Assembly (NCBI GenBank): GCA_002269645.1
Contig: NIVC01001843.1
Coordinates: forward strand, 62,001 to 126,000
Length of the DNA: 64,000 bases
Origin: Macrostomum lignano
Lineage: Eukaryota
Direction: 5' to 3'
Positions within the stretch are counted from its first letter, which is position 1, and every line of letters begins with the position of its first letter. The notes below the pieces were generated by a model. It ran no database searches. It was not told the DNA's origin and saw only the letters and a program-made list of their open reading frames with translations. The translations under genes were made by a program, and so were the position numbers. This document shows, in pieces, positions 58,102 through 64,000 of the stretch.

Positions 58102-60264
58102 CTGTTTAATAGATTTGGAGGGTTTTAAAAAAGTTAGAAAATTTATCTTGACAGTATTGATAACATTATGAATTATGATTGAGTGAACTGGAGAATTCAT
58201 ATTTAAAATTTTTATGTCAATATATTTATGTCAATAGCAAAGAAAGAAAGAGATGGCTTTGTTTGATAAAATTTTGAATTTAGACAAATAATGAAAAAAC
58301 TATGCTACAGCTTTACCATTATGAATAATATATATGGCTATTTAAAAAATATTGTATTTTAAACTTTTCAATTTTAAAAAATTAATGGCTTATAGATATC
58401 CATCAATAAGCTTCAAACTATAAATACATTTCTATAGTTATAAAGACAGAGCAATTTTATTTTCTTAAGGCATTTTTTTGTTTGTACTGGAATAGATGGG
58501 TAATATATATTATTACAACTATCACTGTACTCCTTAGTATTTTCCCTTAGTGCCAACTTTGAAATGGGCTTGCTGTTTTTATAATTTTACCTTATAATTA
58601 TACTTTACTTATAATTTATCTCTATATATATGGCTTTTTTTCAATTGCCATTTTTATGATAACAAACAAATGCCTTAAGCTCAAAGTCAGAACAATATGG
58701 GGGCACATTAAAGATATTGGAATTTTTTAATTTTAAAGTTTTTATTGATGCTTTGTATCAACCTAGTTTACAATTTAGCATTGGGGTTTTGGACCCAGAT
58801 TGCTAAATGGCATGGCAATTCTAATAAAAAATTTAGATTATTAAGCTTATGTTTTATAATAAGATTATTATATTTTTATATACATATTTTATTTATTGCA
58901 ATATTTTGGGAATATGATTCAAGGTGGTTCAAGTTAACAATAAGATAGACAAAAAGCCTACAGTAAAAATAACACATGGAAAAAGTTGTCACTACAAAGC
59001 TTATAATAAACTATATCTATAGCTTGATTAACCAAGGTCTCAATTATAACTAAAGAAAAGTAGTGGGTAATATTTTAACAAGATTTTTTTTCTTTTATAT
59101 TACCAAATATATCAAGTATATTAGTAAAAAGCTAATAGATTTATAGTAAACAATTAGCTATATTGTTTTTTAAGGCAGATCACTATTTTTACATCAATAG
59201 CTACTGATTTTATTTTCTGATATCCTAGTTGAAATGGATGTCTTTCCATTTTCAAAAAAAGAAATTGCAATTGCAAACTTGTACATAAAGAACAGTAATT
59301 ATAAACAAAAAGAGTAAAATGATTATTTTCTATTTAAAAATGCTAGTAAAACTTGTATTTAAATCAGTTTCAAAGAATTGAAAAAGCACTAATTATACAT
59401 TAGACAATGCATTCTTAGTTTTTTATTTAGTGTTTCATATTATTTTTATACTTTTTGTATTGAATTCAATCTTGCTCAACTGTTCTTGAGTTTCAAACCC
59501 ATTTTTGAAATTTTAAGAATTTTTCAAAATGACCTAAAAAGGTCAAATCTCAAAATTTTGAGATCAAGATCAAGATCTTGGTTAGACTCTAATAGGGTGG
59601 CTGACTAAGGGGTAAGGGATGAGTGAATCATTATAGTAAATCATTATATTTGCTTAGTTTGTTATGTATATAATAGGTCTCTAGTTTTTTATAACAATTT
59701 CTTAAAAAAAGTTGCATTTCCAAAAACATACTACTGTTGTTATACTATGCAAATATTAAAAAAATTTCTTGTATGCAAAATATTCTGAATATTCTATGTG
59801 TTAATACTTTGTTTTAAATACTAGGAAAATTTTACTATAAATAGGAGTCAGCTAGGAGCAAAAATAAATAACCTTGTTAACCATTTCTTGTTTGTTGGTC
59901 TTGTACCATTTTTTCGAACATTGATCAAGCTTCAAATCAGCCTTGGGCTTGTGATCACTCATGTTACTTATTTCGAGTAGTGGATAGTGACATAGGACTT
60001 GCCCCAAGATTGGGAGTTCAGTCCGTTCTCAGAGAACAAGAAATCCTAGACTTAGGAGTCTAGTAACTTGCTTTTAGAAGGCAGAATTCCTACCACAGGG
60101 TAGAGAAATCCAGGCTTAGAGTCTGAGAAACCCACCTTCAGGGCAGAATACTCAGCAAAGTATGCTATGACCCTCTGATCCCAGGAATGCCCAGGACTGA
60201 GAATAATATCTTTAAAGGAGTATAGGAATAGGATAAATGGTGCCTAAAAGACCGCTCAGGCCAG

Positions 60265-60460
60265 AAATTGCAATAGAAGTACAGACGCTACCAATAAAAG
60301 TACATACGCTACCAATAGAAGTACATGCGCTACTAGTAAAAGGCAAGTAATAACCAGTAAGATTAATAAGAAGAAATATCCCCTGTTACAACTTTGGTGG
60401 CAATTAGTGGGAAAATTGGAGGACAGAAGTAAACCCTAAGACAACTTTGGTGGCAGCAAG
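60265..60460 (+). mobile_element. Possible degraded LTR end and primer-binding site of a Gypsy-like retrotransposon
   Basis: AATAAA near 60293, then TGTTACA (60384-60390), followed 4 nt later by TGGTGGCAATTAGTGGGA. acaactttggtggca is duplicated at 60441-60455. No gag or pol ORF seen. Confidence 0.25.
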
Positions 60461-60717
60461 TAAGACTAAACAAAAGAATAATTAAGAGCCCTGGGACATG
60501 TACATTTATCTATATATATTTCTATGTTAGTTTAAAAACTGGCAAAAGCCAATTCCATTCCATATACTAAAAATGGTTTGTCTGTGTATGATGGATTTTA
60601 GTCCATACAAGGCCAACTCCTCTGATGGAGGAGAAAGGGGAAGAACTCCCATCGCCAGAAGTCCATTTGCTGAAATCCATTAGCTGAATCCCATGAGCCG
60701 AATCCCATCTTCTAATT

Positions 60718-60860
60718 TCTCTCCACTAAACTAAATACTATCAAAATCCTCTCCACAAAACAGAAATTGTCTCCGTGAAACTGAACACTATCAAAATCCT
60801 CTCCATGAAACTGAACACTATCAAAATCCTCTCCATGAAACTGAACTCAATCAAAATTTT
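60718..60860. repeat. 30-bp short tandem array (actgaacactatcaaaatcctctccatgaa)
   Basis: About 4 degenerate copies. Confidence 0.8.
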
Positions 60861-61084
60861 CTGTCAAACAGAACTCAACTCTCAGGATTCAGTGGTTAGG
60901 GTTAAAGCTGCACAGAGCTGTGTGTTGAAAGGCGCTAATAAAATTGAATTAATTGAATCAATTGATTGCATAACCAATTTCTTAGTCAGTCAGTATCAGT
61001 CTCAGTTAAAGTTTAAAAAAAGATTGCGCAATCTAAATCAACCCTCCAATATACAACGGAAGTAAGAAGTTGAACCCTCCCCCA

Positions 61085-61370
61085 CATACATGCGCAACCT
61101 CCAAAATTTGGTCGGCCGTGCGACTTAGTTTTAACAAAAATGCGACGTAGTTTTCGGCCAAAAATGCGACTTACATGAAAAAACCTGAAAGCAAAATTAA
61201 CGCAACTTTGGGTAAACGGCAGGAGTAACTATGACTGTCTTTATTAAGGCAAAATGCTTCGTCAGCTACTTAATACTACTTTGGTATTTATTTGGGTGGG
61301 CATTTTTGCAACTTACCTTGGTTGGCTGCCAAATCAGTCGTCCATATCGGCCAACTATTGTGCATGTATG
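61085..61370. mobile_element. MITE with CATACATG termini and TGCGAC subterminal repeats, same family as 52442-52687
   Basis: Left end catacatgcgcaac and right end attgtgcatgtatg. Three tgcgac motifs at 61119-61172. Shares blocks such as tttgggtaaacrgcaggagtaacyatgactgt with the 52-kb copy. Confidence 0.6.
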
Positions 61371-61814
61371 GTTTTGACTCTTGTCATTCCTTATCGTATT
61401 TGTACCCCATGTGGCACTAGAACAGTACACTTGACACGGAGTGTTTTAGGCATGATTGTACAGTGTAAGGTTGCAAAAGTGGGGAGTGGCAGAGATACAT
61501 ATGTATATATAGCTGTATGAGTATGATGGCACAAGCTAAGGCTAAGTCAATGCATGCAGCGATAAAAGCAGTCTGTAAAGCCAAATAGTGAAAGTTAACC
61601 TTAACTTATAGCACCTTGGCAGCCTATGCTGTCTGCCTGCATCTGATACGAGCATATAACTAAACTACCAAGGCAATTGGTTGTATTTACACTTACTTTC
61701 TGTACATGAATTGGTAAAGGTAAGGGCTTTTAAATGTTTTATTTATATAGTAATACTCATAAATCAATTTTATTTTATCACCAAAATCATATACTCGACT
61801 TAATCTTTCACAGA

Positions 61815-64000
61815 ATGATGTACAGCCTTAGTTGTCTTTGCCTACTGATTCTAAGTGGCATCCTAGCTATCAATGGTATTCTAGCTGAGAGTGAGTGCTC
61901 AATTGTTATAAATGAGTTAAATACTGATGAGCCTAATATTGGATCTCAAGAATTTTCAGAGTTCATTGAGCTAAAGAAAGTTTGTTCTACAACTGCAATG
62001 CTATTAGGATCAGTGCCAGTGAGACTCCATGATTTTCTTCTGATTGGAGTTCAAGAATATAGCGGCGATTTTAGACGACCTGTGGTTTCATTTTCTGCTG
62101 ACTTCTATCGGTCCTCGGGCTTCAAAACGGACAGCAGTTTCTTTGTTATTGCATCAAAAGGGAAGCAGGAAGCAGCAGATATGTTTTTTACCGATACATC
62201 TATTGGGTATCAGGGAAAAACTAGACATGGGCTGCCAAGTTCCGCTCCTAGTAGATCATCGCAGTCATCCATCATTGATTTTTTCAAGTCTGCTAGTAAG
62301 ACAATTCCAACAGAACCAAATGCATTAAAGAATGGGAATGGTAAAAGTGCTATGGCCATTATTCTCTTGTATCAACGAGACTTCTAGATCAGAATCGGAC
62401 AGTTCAAGTTCCACAACTGCCAGTAGCATTGGAAAACTGCGACTAGCTAAAATGCATGCAACACAAAGAAGACCTGTTTATGAAGATAAAATTATCATTG
62501 ATAACTCATTAGCTGAAATTATTAGGAACAATAACAGGTGCACATTTTTGAGTCCATTTATCGTAGGCTAAGAGACAAGCCCAACTACATCTTAAAGCCA
62601 GCAAGAGAATGGGATGAACTTGGTCATGAGGACTATTCAATAAACCGGTGCCCTGAATCCAGCAGTGAGTTACGAAAGCCTTTGCTTTTTACAAGGTGGA
62701 AACTTGGACAGTTGACTCCAGGTAGATAAAATGACTGCTCAGGTGCTCATTGGATTTTAGAGGACAATATTGAAGCCATCATAAATACACCTTCAAGAGA
62801 AGCATGTACATTGGCAGACTCAGCATTAGCATCTGCTTCATCAGCAACAGAAAGAATCGAAATGCGACTAGCTCCTGCTCCAGCTCCATGTTCTGAAAGC
62901 TCACACCGTAGTGAATTGGCCAGGTCCTATGAATTTTCAGAGCAAATAGCAGCTAATCGAGATCATGCTGTTCAAACTGCTGCTGCAGAAACTTCTAATT
63001 TTTGCTCTGCTGCAAATGTACAGGAAAGAAGAGAGTTGTTGGAGAATGACCAGCAAACAAGCAAACTACAAGTGGAAATTATTAGGCAAGTAAATATTCA
63101 AAGACAATCAACGAAACGATCACTTTGCCAAAGTCCTATTGTTGATTTAGATTCGAGCGACTCAAGGGGTTCAGGTGATGTTGAAATAGTACAAGTAAAT
63201 ACTGCAGAAGCAGGGCCATCGCAAAGAAAAATACCATGCATAAGCACATCTGCAGACGCATGTCTAGCCACTTCAGCATCAAAGCCCTCGTCTTCCTCTA
63301 TGATGGGCGAAAATATTGAAGTTTTCCCTAAAAAGGACTGGGAGGATACATCTGGTTTTCGAGAGGAGTGGTTACATTCTTTGGAGATGCACCAGTCACA
63401 GTAAGTAAATGGAAACTGACGAACTGTAAATTAATGTATAGTGTATTGTGTATTGCACTTATTAGCATATTGCTTTTAGATACTCACAAATAGTCCAAAT
63501 CCCAAAATATTCTCTAATTTGACCATTGCAGATCATTTTCAAGAAAATTTGTGTCACAAGAAATGAAGACATGGTTTCAATATGTTCAAAACACCGAAGA
63601 TCTATCAAGATCTGGAATACAATGTCGGATCTGCAGAAAATTTTTGAATGCACATAAGAAAAAGGAGACAAATCTAGAGAGCCAACGTAAGTTAACTTTT
63701 GCAACAGAACAAGGCTACATTCCCAAAGGTCATGCAAAAGATAGCGTACGAAGAAAACTACAGGAACATTCATCAAATACACTTCACAGTGACGCCATAA
63801 AGTGGATGAAGGAAAAACATACTTCAGTTCTTGCAAAGCAACTCAAACAGATGAATGAGGCCGCTAGACTAGCTAAAACTAAACGAGATGAAATAACAGC
63901 CCGAGTTTTGACAACAGTTTTTTCGCCGAAGTCAAATCTAATATTCCATTCAGTGCTCATCCAAATATGATTGATTTACAAGTAAAAAATGGGTTGGATA
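61815..64000 (+). pseudogene. Disrupted gene: signal peptide, lamin-tail-like (LTD) domain and linker, spliced to a KIAA1586/ZNF862-like hAT transposase (TTF-type Zn finger); runs off the window end
   Basis: MMYSLSCLCLLILSGILAINGILA, then VINELNTD...EFIEL, FFVIA, NALKNG...AIILLY and DYSINRC...WKLGQLTPGR*NDC. Phase-2 intron 63401-63531 joins into WFQY...CRIC...LQEHSSNTLHSDA and, after a frameshift, KSNIPFSAHPNMIDLQVKNGLD. Lesions: frameshifts near 62380, 62540 and 63920, and an in-frame TAA at 62727-62729. Confidence 0.72.

Noticed and set aside
63910-63930. Programmed -1 frameshift at the T6 run in the transposase
   Set aside because: The zero-frame codons (GTT TTT TCG) do not fit X XXY YYZ tandem slippage; an indel mutation or assembly error is simpler, given the other lesions.

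Overview
Eukaryotic (animal) genomic DNA with GT-AG introns. The minisatellite-filled introns and long Ala/Gln/Gly/Ser runs in exons resemble the flatworm Macrostomum, but that is an inference from style only. Three conserved spliced genes can be rebuilt with frame-consistent junctions: AUH (+, 3383-4850, 3 exons), XPR1 (+, 6690-17005, 10 exons) and UBR5/hyd (-, 58101-22755, 14 identifiable exons; the first coding exon was not found). Three intronless orphan-like genes lie between or inside them: a 336-aa ORF in XPR1 intron 4, a secreted 16-Cys cationic protein, and a 4-TM protein antisense in the 12-kb UBR5 intron. The window ends in a disrupted gene that splices a signal peptide plus lamin-tail-like domain onto a KIAA1586/ZNF862-like hAT transposase. 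Other notable structure: UBR5 intronic satellites built from sense-strand splice-site motifs (AG|GTAAGA, AG|GTGAGA) or AP-1 heptamers, several TIR-bounded non-autonomous transposons, and two sharply bounded CpG deserts upstream of AUH and UBR5. No tRNA, rRNA or CRISPR was recognised. All counts were read by eye and are approximate.
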